DNA of 64,000 nucleotides from an uncultured Thermodesulfobacteriota bacterium (GTDB lineage Bacteria; Desulfobacterota; DSWW01). This document shows positions 26,480 through 35,100 of this stretch, one piece after another. The stretch is from the NCBI GenBank assembly GCA_964479535.1, contig CAYZMM010000001.1, positions 327,902 through 391,901 on the forward strand, written 5' to 3'. Made by a program: the position numbers and the translations under genes. Position 1 is the stretch's first letter, and each line of letters begins with the position of its first letter. Below the pieces are notes generated by a model. That model worked only from the letters and a program-made list of their open reading frames with translations, was not told the DNA's origin and searched no databases.

Positions 26480-27499
26480 TTACGCCTCCATCATCATGTC
26501 CAGCAGCATTCCCTTGTTCACGGGAAGGATGTCGTGAAGGATGTCCTGCCCCGTGGTCATCCAGGACAACGGAATCGCGTGCGACAGGACCGCGTCCATC
26601 AGGCCCCCCACGCGGCGGCTCTCGTCGACCTTCGCCAGAATCAGGCTCTTCAGGGAAAGCCGGCTGTACTCCTCGAGGTCCTGGAGCAGCACGTCTCTCC
26701 GGTAGTGAGGGTTGAGCAGCAGATGAAACTGGGCGTGGGGACAGAGGGTCATCACATCGAAGAGCTTCTCCCTCAGGCCTTTCTCACGAAGCCCCTTGCC
26801 CGGCGTATCGACGAGCAGGGTGTCGACCCGCGAGCCGAGTTCGAAGACCTTCGGAACCTCGCTTCGCTCATAGGCGATAGACACGGGGATGTCCAGGATC
26901 CTGCCGATTCTCTGCAGCTCCTCGCTCGATCCAACCTTCTCGCCATCGAGACTCACCAACCCGACCCGTCTCTTCCTCTGGAAACGTTCCATGGAGGCAA
27001 GCTTCGCGAGCGTCGTTGTCTTTCCCACCCCGGTGCGGCCGAGCAGCCCGATACACATCTTCTCGTCCTGCAGGGGCTGGGTCGTCTCGATACGGGAGAA
27101 GAAGAACCTCCTCAGCTCCTTCTCCAGGGCCTCCCGTTTCATGAGGTCTTCGGGTGTCATCCCCTTGGCGAGGTCGTGGACGATCTGATAGGCCACCTTC
27201 TCGCTCAAGCCCTTCTCCTTGAGCTCCTCATACAGAAACAGGGCCGCTTTGCCGAGGCCCATGACCTCCCGTTCCTCGACGAGGGAGAGCAGCATCTTCT
27301 TGATTTCACAGAGCTCGTTTTCAAGCCCGTTCGCATCGTACTCCCGGGCCGCCAGAGGAGCATCGACGGCGACGGTGAGCTCGATCTCCCCCCCGGTGCG
27401 TCGCTTCTGTGAAAGGATGACCACGTCCTCACCCAGTTCCGCCTTCGCCTGCTTGAGGACCTCTTTCATCGTGTTTCCGTACAGTTTCTTGACCACCAT
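26480..27499 (-). CDS. flhF: flagellar biosynthesis GTPase FlhF
   Basis: SRP-type GTPase motifs GLLGRTGVGKTTTLAKLA...DTPG. Confidence 0.9.
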   Translation of the reverse strand: MVVKKLYGNTMKEVLKQAKAELGEDVVILSQKRRTGGEIELTVAVDAPLAAREYDANGLENELCEIKKMLLSLVEEREVMGLGKAALFLYEELKEKGLSEKVAYQIVHDLAKGMTPEDLMKREALEKELRRFFFSRIETTQPLQDEKMCIGLLGRTGVGKTTTLAKLASMERFQRKRRVGLVSLDGEKVGSSEELQRIGRILDIPVSIAYERSEVPKVFELGSRVDTLLVDTPGKGLREKGLREKLFDVMTLCPHAQFHLLLNPHYRRDVLLQDLEEYSRLSLKSLILAKVDESRRVGGLMDAVLSHAIPLSWMTTGQDILHDILPVNKGMLLDMMMEA

Positions 27500-27509
27500 C
27501 GCCCACCCT

Positions 27510-29573
27510 CTAACGGTTAACGGCTAAGATGCGCGTATCCGGCGAGATCTCGTTGTACGAGAGAATCGAAAGTCCCGGCAGAAAACGGCTCAGCAATCTC
27601 CTGACGTGCCTGCGGAGTTCCGGCGTGGTCAGAAGAACGGGCACCTGCCCTTTCTGGCTGACCTCCTCCATCGATTTGCTCACGTCGCGAACGAGACGCT
27701 GCACCTCGTTCGGGTCCAGGGCGGCGAAACTGCCCTGATCGGTCGATACGAGGGTCTTGGAGATCTTCTCCTCCCAATGGGGCGCCATGACGATGGCGGG
27801 AAGGGTTCCGTCCTCGTTCTTGTGCTCCCTGCTGATCTGTCTCGCCAGGGCCTGACGGACGTACTCTCCGAGCAGGTCGGGGTCCCGTGTCGCAGCTGCG
27901 TGATCCCCCAGGGTCTCGAGAATGGTCAGCAGGTCCCGTATGGAGACCTTCTCCTCCAGCAGGTTCTGCAGTACACGGTGGACCACACCCAGAGGCAGGG
28001 GATTCGGAACGAGCTCCTCCACGACCTTCGGATGCTCTTTCGCAACCTCCTGGAGAAGGCCGTGTACGTCCTGCCGGGTCAGCAGATCCTTCGAATGGCG
28101 CTGGAGAACCTCGGAGAGATGGGTCACCAGCACGGTGACCGCGTCCACAACCGTGTACCCCATCATCTGCGCCTTTTCCCTCTCCTCCTCCGGAATGCAG
28201 GTGGCGGCCAGGCCGAAGACCGGTTCCTGGGCCGGAAAGCCGTCCAGCCCGGGCTGTGCGTTACCCGGGTTGATCGCCATGCAGGTCCCCGGCTGGACCT
28301 CCCCTTTCGCGACCTCGGTCTCCTTCACGTAGATCCGATATTCGGAGGGCCCGATCTGCAGGTTGTCCTTGATGTGAATCGGAGGAACCACCACCCCGAG
28401 GTCCCGCGCCAGCTGTCTGCGCAGGGTCTGGATCCGCTCCAGCAGGGACCCTCCCTGGGATCGATCCACCAGGGAGACGAGCTGATAGCCCAGATCCAGA
28501 GCGACCAGGTCGATGGGCTCGACCTGCACCGTGGGCTCCGGTTCCGCTTCCTCCTCCGCCGCCTCCTGGACCTTTTCCGCTTCCGAACGGGACGCACGGT
28601 AGCCGAGAAGTCCGGCCATGCCTCCCAGAAGCAGGAAGGAGAAGTGGGGCAGACCGGGAATCGCGGCAAAGACGATGAGGATGAAGCTGGCAAGGTAAAG
28701 GACCTTCGGGTTTCCGAAGAGCTGCTTCTGGACCGTGACCGAGAAGTCCCCCTCGGTGGCGGTCCGACTGACCACGATGCCCGCTGCGGTGGAGACGAAG
28801 AGGGCCGGAATCTGTGAGACGAGGCCGTCGCCCACGGTCAGGAGGGTGTACGTCTGGGCTGCGTCCCCGACGGCCATCCCCTTCTTGAGCACGCCCACGG
28901 CGAGTCCTCCCAGGATGTTCACCGCGGTGATGATGATTCCGGCGATGGCGTCCCCCCGGACGAACTTGCTCGCACCGTCCATGGCCCCGTAGAAATCCGC
29001 CTCCCTGGAGACCCTTTCCCGCCTCTCCCTTGCTTCCGCCTCGCCGATGAGGCCGGCGTTCAGGTCTGCGTCGATGCTCATCTGCTTGCCGGGCATGGCG
29101 TCCAGGGTGAACCGTGCCGCCACCTCCGCGATCCGGCCGGCGCCCTTGGTAATGACCACGAAGTTGATCACCACCAGGATCACGAACACGACGAGACCGA
29201 CCACATACTCGCCGCCGATCACGAACTGGCCGAAGGAGGCGATCACCTTTCCGGCCGCTTCCGGACCCTGTTCGCCCCGCAACAGAATGAGCCGGGTGGA
29301 CGCGATGTTCAGGGACAGCCGGTAAAGGGTGCACACCAGCAAGACCGCGGGAAAGACCGAGAACTCCAGCGGCTTGTCCACAAAGAACCCGATCAGAAGG
29401 ATCGTAATCGCCAGGGTGATGCTGAGGCTCAGAAAGAAATCCATGAGGAAGGGCGGCACGGGAAGAATCATGATGCCCAGGACGACGATGACGCCCAACG
29501 GCAGGGCGAGCTGTGCGCTCTTCTGCCAGTCGTCCAGTGCGGGAAGGAGGGTCTTAGCCGTGTTCTGTGCCAT
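27510..29573 (-). CDS. flhA: flagellar export apparatus protein FlhA
   Basis: 687 aa; FHIPxxxR-region, 8 TM N-terminus, conserved cytoplasmic domain. Confidence 0.95.
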   Translation of the reverse strand: MAQNTAKTLLPALDDWQKSAQLALPLGVIVVLGIMILPVPPFLMDFFLSLSITLAITILLIGFFVDKPLEFSVFPAVLLVCTLYRLSLNIASTRLILLRGEQGPEAAGKVIASFGQFVIGGEYVVGLVVFVILVVINFVVITKGAGRIAEVAARFTLDAMPGKQMSIDADLNAGLIGEAEARERRERVSREADFYGAMDGASKFVRGDAIAGIIITAVNILGGLAVGVLKKGMAVGDAAQTYTLLTVGDGLVSQIPALFVSTAAGIVVSRTATEGDFSVTVQKQLFGNPKVLYLASFILIVFAAIPGLPHFSFLLLGGMAGLLGYRASRSEAEKVQEAAEEEAEPEPTVQVEPIDLVALDLGYQLVSLVDRSQGGSLLERIQTLRRQLARDLGVVVPPIHIKDNLQIGPSEYRIYVKETEVAKGEVQPGTCMAINPGNAQPGLDGFPAQEPVFGLAATCIPEEEREKAQMMGYTVVDAVTVLVTHLSEVLQRHSKDLLTRQDVHGLLQEVAKEHPKVVEELVPNPLPLGVVHRVLQNLLEEKVSIRDLLTILETLGDHAAATRDPDLLGEYVRQALARQISREHKNEDGTLPAIVMAPHWEEKISKTLVSTDQGSFAALDPNEVQRLVRDVSKSMEEVSQKGQVPVLLTTPELRRHVRRLLSRFLPGLSILSYNEISPDTRILAVNR

Positions 29574-30636
29574 CTTTCACCTTTCCCCTGAGCCGGTACA
29601 CATAGGAGAGAATCTCTGCAACGACCCGGTAGACCTCGATCGGGATCTCCCGACCGATGTCCACCTGCTTGTACAGGAGTCTTGCCAGAGGAGGCCTCTC
29701 CATGACCGGTACACTGTGTTCACGGGCGACCTGCTTGATTCGCTCGCACAGCCAACCGGCGCCCTTCGCGACCACCACCGGCGCCATCTCCTTGTCCCGG
29801 TCGTACTTGAGGGCGACGGCCACGTGATCCGGGTTGGTGATGACCACGTCCGCGTTCGGGACCTCCTGCATCATCCTGCGCCTGGCCAGATTCATCTGGA
29901 CGCTCCTCACCCTCGCCTTCACCTGCGGGTCCCCTTCCGTTTCCTTCGTTTCCTCCTTCACCTCCTGTTTGGTCATCTTGAGTTCCCGTTCGTAGTTCCA
30001 GCGCTGAAACGCATAGTCCAGGACCGCAAGAAGGACCAGTGCGATCCAGACCTTGGCGGCCAGCTTGAAGGCGATGACAGCGGCATGGGAAAGGGCCCCG
30101 CCGAGCGGGAGGTTACAGAGATGGGCAAGCAGAGGGACTTCGGGTCGAAGGGTCGTATAGGCGAGCCATCCGATCAACAGGACCTTGCCGCAACTCTTGA
30201 CCGCCTCCACCAGGCCGCTCGCGGAGAAGAGACGCTTCAAGCCGGACAGCGGACTGAGTCGGTTCGGTTTCGGTATGAGCACCTTCGGCGTGATCTCGAA
30301 CCCGACCTGCGGTACATTCGCCGCGAGGGCGAGTATGGGAAAGAGAATCAGGAAGGGAGTGAGCAGAACCAGAATGCTCCGCATCCAGTGCCGCCCCAGT
30401 TCACGCCACCCCATGTCCATCTCGAAGAACGCGAAGGGGTCCAGGCCGGTGTGTACCGTCTCCGTCCAGAGCCGCATCCAGGAGCCGCCGAAGAGGGCGA
30501 AGAAACCGATCGCCCCGCCGAGGAGCAGGACCGAGTTGATCTCGCGGCTCTTTGCAACCTGCCCGTCTTCACGGGCCTTCTTCCGCTTGCGCGGGGTTGC
30601 TGGATGCGTTCTTTCCTGACCCGTCTGCTCTGCCAT
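29554..30636 (-). CDS. flhB: flagellar export apparatus protein FlhB
   Basis: 360 aa; NPDHVAVAL (NPxH autocleavage motif); PVVVAKGAGWLCERIKQVAREHSVPVMERPPLARLLY. Confidence 0.95.
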   Translation of the reverse strand: MAEQTGQERTHPATPRKRKKAREDGQVAKSREINSVLLLGGAIGFFALFGGSWMRLWTETVHTGLDPFAFFEMDMGWRELGRHWMRSILVLLTPFLILFPILALAANVPQVGFEITPKVLIPKPNRLSPLSGLKRLFSASGLVEAVKSCGKVLLIGWLAYTTLRPEVPLLAHLCNLPLGGALSHAAVIAFKLAAKVWIALVLLAVLDYAFQRWNYERELKMTKQEVKEETKETEGDPQVKARVRSVQMNLARRRMMQEVPNADVVITNPDHVAVALKYDRDKEMAPVVVAKGAGWLCERIKQVAREHSVPVMERPPLARLLYKQVDIGREIPIEVYRVVAEILSYVYRLRGKVKDGTEHG

Positions 30637-30637
30637 A

Positions 30638-31414
30638 TCAAGGCCTCAGGGCTGCCAGGATTCCCTCCACGGTAAGGAAGGCATCCTGGAACATCCGTTC
30701 CATGGTCACGGTAAAGGTCGGCACACCGAACATGATCACGATCAGGCCCATGGAGATCGTGATCGGGAATCCGACCATCAGCATGTTGATCTGTGGAGCC
30801 ACCCGGACCAGCAGTGCCATCGAAAGATAGACCAGCAGAAGGGCGAGGCTGATGGGCCAGCCGATTCTCATAGCGAGCCGGAACATTTCCCCCCCTCCCG
30901 AGAGCACCACATCGTGGAAGACCCCTCCGCCAAGGGCCGCCGAGAACGGCGGCAGCCATTCAAAGCTCTTCGCCACGGCCTGAACCGCCATCAGGTGTCC
31001 GTCCATCTCAATGAAGACGAACATGGCGATCAGATTCAGGAGTTGTGCGATGATCGAGTACCGGTCGCTCGTCGCAGGATCGATCACGTTCGCAATGGCC
31101 AGACCCATCTGAAAACCGGCCAACTGTCCCGCAAGTGTGACCGCCGCCAGGAAGAGGCGCGCAATGAATCCGATGAGGGCCCCCGTGAGAACCTCCTGGA
31201 TCCCTCCGATGACGAGCACCTTCATGGTGGCCGTCCTCGGCAGCACCTCGGGCGGGACCACGTGGCTGAAGAGCACGCTCAGCCACAATGCCGTCAGAAC
31301 CTTCCAGACCACCGGGACGCGTCCGCTCCAGAGGGGCAGCACGAACAGGATCGACATGATCCGTATCAGGACGAATCCGTAAGCGAGGGCAAGGCCCGTG
31401 AGCTGTTCCACCAT
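30638..31414 (-). CDS. fliR: flagellar export apparatus protein FliR
   Basis: 258-aa polytopic membrane protein between flhB and fliQ. Confidence 0.9.
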   Translation of the reverse strand: MVEQLTGLALAYGFVLIRIMSILFVLPLWSGRVPVVWKVLTALWLSVLFSHVVPPEVLPRTATMKVLVIGGIQEVLTGALIGFIARLFLAAVTLAGQLAGFQMGLAIANVIDPATSDRYSIIAQLLNLIAMFVFIEMDGHLMAVQAVAKSFEWLPPFSAALGGGVFHDVVLSGGGEMFRLAMRIGWPISLALLLVYLSMALLVRVAPQINMLMVGFPITISMGLIVIMFGVPTFTVTMERMFQDAFLTVEGILAALRP

Positions 31415-31420
31415 CGTACG

Positions 31421-31690
31421 TCACCGAATCATCACCGGAATCATCTGAATCAGGCCCTGTGTGAACCCGAGCAGGCGATCGATCATGTAGTTCGAGAAGA
31501 AGAAGAGCCCCGCCATGAGGGCGAGGATCTTCGGGACGAAGGTCAGGGTCATTTCCTGAATCTGCGTAATCGCCTGCGCGATGCTCACCAGGAGCCCCAC
31601 TGCGATTGCGATGCAGAGCAGAGGTGCGGAGACGAAAAGAACCGTCTTCAGCGCCTCGGTCCCCACATGAGCCACAACTTCGATACCCAT
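31421..31690 (-). CDS. fliQ: flagellar export apparatus protein FliQ
   Basis: 89 aa, TVLFVSAPLLCIAIAVGLLVSIAQAITQIQEMTLTFVPKI. Confidence 0.9.
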   Translation of the reverse strand: MGIEVVAHVGTEALKTVLFVSAPLLCIAIAVGLLVSIAQAITQIQEMTLTFVPKILALMAGLFFFSNYMIDRLLGFTQGLIQMIPVMIR

Positions 31691-31692
31691 TA

Positions 31693-32424
31693 TCAGAAGC
31701 TTTCAACCAGTGATTTGACGACCATGTTCCATCCGTCGGCGAGCACGAAGAGCATCAGCTTGAAGGGCAGAGAAATCATGATCGGGGGAAGAAGCATCAT
31801 GCCCATGGACATCAGGACGCTCGCAACGACCATGTCGATGACGAGGAACGGAATGTAGAGCAGGAAGGCGATCTCGAAGGCGGTCTTCAATTCACTCGTG
31901 ATGAAAGCCGGGACCAGCACCGAGGTGGGAACGTCGGCGGGCTCTTTCGGAGCCGCCGTGTTCGAAAGCTGGACGAAGAGGCCCAGATCCTTCTTCCTTG
32001 TTTCCTGGAACATGAACGACCGGAACGGAACGAGCGCCTTTTCCAGGGCTTCCCCTTCCCGGATCTGCCCGTCCAGGTAAGGGGCCAGGGACTGGTCGTG
32101 CACCTCCGTCCAGACGGGGCGCATGACGAAAAAGGTCAGAAAGAGAGCGAGTCCGACCATGACCTGGTTGGGCGGCGCCTGCTGCGTTCCCATGGCGTGG
32201 CGCAGCAGGGAGAAGACGATCACGAGACGGGTAAAGGAGGTCATGGTCAGCACGAGGGAAGGCAGAAAGCCGACCAGGGTGAGGACCAGGAGCACCTTTA
32301 CGGCGGTCGAATAGCCGGAAGACTCGATCTGCTCGAGCACGGAGGGGTCCTGCGCCCAGGCGTTCCCGGGACACACGAGAGAGAACAGGCAGAGGCAGAG
32401 GAGGACAAGACCGAACCGTTTCAT
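31693..32424 (-). CDS. fliP: flagellar export apparatus protein FliP
   Basis: MKRFGLVLLCLC signal then ...FTRLVIVFSLLRHAMGTQQAPPNQVMVGLALFLTFFVM. ATG at 32424 overlaps the fliO stop; ORF-track N-terminal 113 aa is junk. Confidence 0.9.
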   Translation of the reverse strand: MKRFGLVLLCLCLFSLVCPGNAWAQDPSVLEQIESSGYSTAVKVLLVLTLVGFLPSLVLTMTSFTRLVIVFSLLRHAMGTQQAPPNQVMVGLALFLTFFVMRPVWTEVHDQSLAPYLDGQIREGEALEKALVPFRSFMFQETRKKDLGLFVQLSNTAAPKEPADVPTSVLVPAFITSELKTAFEIAFLLYIPFLVIDMVVASVLMSMGMMLLPPIMISLPFKLMLFVLADGWNMVVKSLVESF

Positions 32425-32825
32425 GCCGTCTCTTCCTCCTCCATGAGTTCCGAGAACCGGGAGGGTCCCTGGGAAAGCAGGGAAATACGGTGCGCCGTAA
32501 CGCCGAGCACCATCCTCTCTCCGAGGACCTCGAGAATCGCCACTTTCTCTTTCTGCCCGAGAGGCTTCACCGCGACCACCCGTATCGTCGATCCGCGGGG
32601 CCCGCTTCGCTTCTTCTGCAGATACACGGCACCGTAGGCGAACCCCCCGAGGAGAAGGAAGAACCCCAGGATCTGTGCGCCTTTCCGGTGGAAGCCGTCC
32701 TGCCCGGTTTCGGATGGTGCGGTCAGGAACCCTGCGGACCCATCCTCCCCTCCCGCCTCGCACGCAGCCGGCAGGGAGAAAGCGAACAGCAGGATGAGCA
32801 GACCAAGTCTCTTCAACGCCTTCAT
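32421..32825 (-). CDS. fliO: flagellar protein FliO/FliZ
   Basis: Single TM LGFFLLLGGFAYGAVYL then IRVVAVKPLGQKEKVAILEVLGERMVLGVTAHRISLL. Confidence 0.7.
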   Translation of the reverse strand: MKALKRLGLLILLFAFSLPAACEAGGEDGSAGFLTAPSETGQDGFHRKGAQILGFFLLLGGFAYGAVYLQKKRSGPRGSTIRVVAVKPLGQKEKVAILEVLGERMVLGVTAHRISLLSQGPSRFSELMEEEETA

Positions 32826-33178
32826 CCGAGCCTCTGAATTCTTTCCACCGGACTGATGATGTCCGTGAGACGGATCCCGTACTTCTCGTTCACCACCACG
32901 ACCTCCCCCTTGCCGATGGGCCGTCCCTGCACCAGGATCTCCAGGGGCTCCCCCGCCAGCTTCTTCAGCTCCACCACCGAGCCCTGGCCCAGCCGGAGGA
33001 TCTCATCCACCTGCATGCGGGTCCTGCCCAGCTCGATCGAAACATTCACCGGAAGGTCCAGGATCAGGTCGAGGTTCACGGAATTGCCCTCCCGGCCAGG
33101 CTCCTGGAGGCCCTCAGGCTGCGTCGGCGGTGCGGTCTGTGAAGATGCTTCGGTCGAGGGGGTCTCCTCCCCGGTCAT
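32822..33178 (-). CDS. fliN: flagellar motor switch protein FliN (start uncertain)
   Basis: SpoA domain VSIELGRTRMQVDEILRLGQGSVVELKKLAGEPLEILVQGRPIGKGEVVVV. Candidate starts overlap the fliM 3' end by ~64-145 nt. Confidence 0.75.
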   Translation of the reverse strand: MTGEETPSTEASSQTAPPTQPEGLQEPGREGNSVNLDLILDLPVNVSIELGRTRMQVDEILRLGQGSVVELKKLAGEPLEILVQGRPIGKGEVVVVNEKYGIRLTDIISPVERIQRLG

Positions 33179-34199
33179 GGACTTTCTCGGCTCCTCTTGC
33201 GGCTCCACTTCTCTTCTCCTTGCTCGGGTTTTGTTCCACGGAAAGGACCTCGATGGCATAGTTGCCGTTCCTCTGCCCGGCTACACACGTGCCTTTCGGC
33301 ACCTCCTGCACCTTCAGGACCATCGGGTCCTTCGGGCCGACGGTGAGGGGCAGGATGTCGTCCTCCTTCAGGTTCAACAGTTCCCGGAAGGTGATCTCCG
33401 AATTGCCCAGCTCCGCACTCATTTCCATCGCTATCTCGCGGAGGTGAGCGGACAGGCTCTGTTTCCAGGCCTCGTCCGTATCCGTGTCCTCGGAGGGGAG
33501 GCGTCCGTACAGGATGTCCTTGACCGGATCGATCGAAAGGTATGGGATACAGTAACCCATCACGGCCTGATCCAGCTCCATGTCCACCTTGAAGGTGCTC
33601 GCCATGACCAGGTCCGGTGGCTGCACGAGATTGACGAATTGGGGGTTCGACTCGGACCGGATCTGTTGAAGGGACACCTCCCCCACAACCGACCACGCCC
33701 TTTCGAGGGCCCGGAAACAGACCTGGAGAAGCCGCCGGATGAGGCGGCATTCCATGGTGGTGAAGTCCCTCCCCTTGATCTCCGCGACGAGCCTTCCGGA
33801 CCCTCCGAAGAGGATGTCCACCATGAGCGAGATCATCTTCGCCTCGAAGAAATAGAGACAGGATCCACGAAGCGGGTCTGCCCTGTACACATCCAAGGAG
33901 GCCCTCTCCGGCATCTTTCTGAGGAACTCCTCGTACTTGAGCAGCTCGAAGCTCTCCACCGAGACATCCACGATTCTGCCCATGAACTCGAACAGGGCGT
34001 CGGTCGCCTCGCGGGCGAACTTCTCGTTCACGACTTCCATGGTGGGCATGCGGGCGTGGACCGCCCGGTCCTGACTGAAGAAGTCGAACGAGGTCGCTTC
34101 CGGCGTCTCCGGCTCCACGGGGGCTTCCGTTTCGATGTCGCCGTCCGACAGCCCTTTCAGAAGGGCATCCACTTCTTCCTGTGAAAGCAGCTTTCCCAT
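33114..34199 (-). CDS. fliM: flagellar motor switch protein FliM
   Basis: MGKLLSQEEVDALL N-terminus (CheY-P binding LSQEEVDALL motif), 361 aa. Confidence 0.9.
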   Translation of the reverse strand: MGKLLSQEEVDALLKGLSDGDIETEAPVEPETPEATSFDFFSQDRAVHARMPTMEVVNEKFAREATDALFEFMGRIVDVSVESFELLKYEEFLRKMPERASLDVYRADPLRGSCLYFFEAKMISLMVDILFGGSGRLVAEIKGRDFTTMECRLIRRLLQVCFRALERAWSVVGEVSLQQIRSESNPQFVNLVQPPDLVMASTFKVDMELDQAVMGYCIPYLSIDPVKDILYGRLPSEDTDTDEAWKQSLSAHLREIAMEMSAELGNSEITFRELLNLKEDDILPLTVGPKDPMVLKVQEVPKGTCVAGQRNGNYAIEVLSVEQNPSKEKRSGAARGAEKVHDRGGDPLDRSIFTDRTADAA

Positions 34200-34202
34200 T
34201 TT

Positions 34203-34697
34203 CTACTGCACCACGAAATCGGTGAAATAGACTTCCTTCGCCTTCCCTTCCCCCAGAATCCGATTCAGACGGAAGAGGATCTCTTCGCGAAGCCTGGCCT
34301 TCCCCTCGAGGGTACCGATCTCATCGTACTTCTTGCTCGAAAGGAGCACGATGAGGCTGTCACGGATCTTCGGCGTCTTCTTCATGATCTGATCTTCCGT
34401 GAGGTCCCACACCTCTACGTCGAGCCGCACCTTCAGGTACCGGACCCCTTTCTCATCGAAGAGATTGACGATGAAGGGGTCGAGCTGGAAGATGAATCCC
34501 TCTTCTTCCTGCACGACCGTCTGTTCCGGCACGGTCGTCTTCGCGTCCGCCGGATCGGTGGAAAGCACCTTCCAAACCAGTACGCCGTTGATGCCGGCCA
34601 GGATCAGAAATCCGACGGCCAGTCCGATGAAGAGCATCTTCCTGCTCTTGGGCGGCGGCGTATCCTGGGTCGCCGCTGCAGTCTCCTCCGGTGCCAT
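34203..34697 (-). CDS. fliL: flagellar basal body-associated protein FliL
   Basis: ATG at 34697 preceded by AAGGAGG. TM IGLAVGFLILAGINGVLVW and conserved C-terminal region. Confidence 0.8.
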   Translation of the reverse strand: MAPEETAAATQDTPPPKSRKMLFIGLAVGFLILAGINGVLVWKVLSTDPADAKTTVPEQTVVQEEEGFIFQLDPFIVNLFDEKGVRYLKVRLDVEVWDLTEDQIMKKTPKIRDSLIVLLSSKKYDEIGTLEGKARLREEILFRLNRILGEGKAKEVYFTDFVVQ

Positions 34698-34754
34698 GAC
34701 AGCCTCCTTACGCCGTATGGAATTTCGTACCTCTCGAGCGCACCTCAGGAGAAA

Positions 34755-34769
34755 GCAACCCCTATGCCA
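34755..34769 (-). promoter_or_regulatory. sigma-54 promoter (revcomp TGGCATAGGGGTTGC) for the fliL...fliA operon
   Basis: Consensus spacing; ~45 nt upstream of fliL ATG. Confidence 0.55.
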
Positions 34770-34885
34770 ATTCCGGCGCAGAGGTATCTGTTTGATACTG
34801 TTGAGCAATTTGTGCAGAGGCGACCACGGGGGAGTCAAGGTTGTTCGGGTGGGCAGTCAGAATAATGACGGGGCGAACGGAGTAG

Positions 34886-34996
34886 GACAAAGAGGAAAGG
34901 TCAAAGGGGAAAGGGCGAAGGACAAAGGACAAAGGGGAAAGGGCGAAGGGGAAAGGGCGAAGGACAAAGGACAAAGGGGAAAGGGCGAAGGGCGAG
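34886..34996. repeat. purine-rich heptad tandem array (units GGGAAAG / GGCGAAG / GACAAAG; 14-bp GGGAAAGGGCGAAG x4 interleaved with GACAAAGGACAAAG x2) upstream of the fliL sigma-54 promoter
   Basis: Direct reading of 34886..34996; multiple G3-G4 tracts on plus strand. Confidence 0.6.
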
Positions 34997-35060
34997 GTGC
35001 CGGGGTGCGCGCCGGTACTCGAGAGCTTTGACAGGTAGACGCGGAGACGCCCCTGGGGAA

Positions 35061-35088
35061 CGGCGGGGCGCATTTCAGCGCCCCGCCG
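35061..35088 (-). terminator. GC-rich stem-loop (CGGCGGGGCGC-ATTTCA-GCGCCCCGCCG) 12 nt after flgE stop; putative terminator/attenuator or mRNA 3' stabiliser (no U-tract)
   Basis: Perfect 11-bp inverted repeat with 6-nt loop. Confidence 0.4.
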
Positions 35089-35100
35089 AAGGAGCGAGGA

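Noticed and set aside
31693-32763. 356-aa ORF-track model for fliP
   Set aside because: N-terminal 113 aa are Arg/Gly-rich junk overlapping fliO; conserved FliP with signal peptide starts at ATG 32424.
34762-35073. 103-aa minus-strand ORF with repetitive PFALSPLSFVLRPF peptide
   Set aside because: Encoded entirely by the intergenic heptad DNA repeat; lies between a terminator-like hairpin and the fliL promoter.
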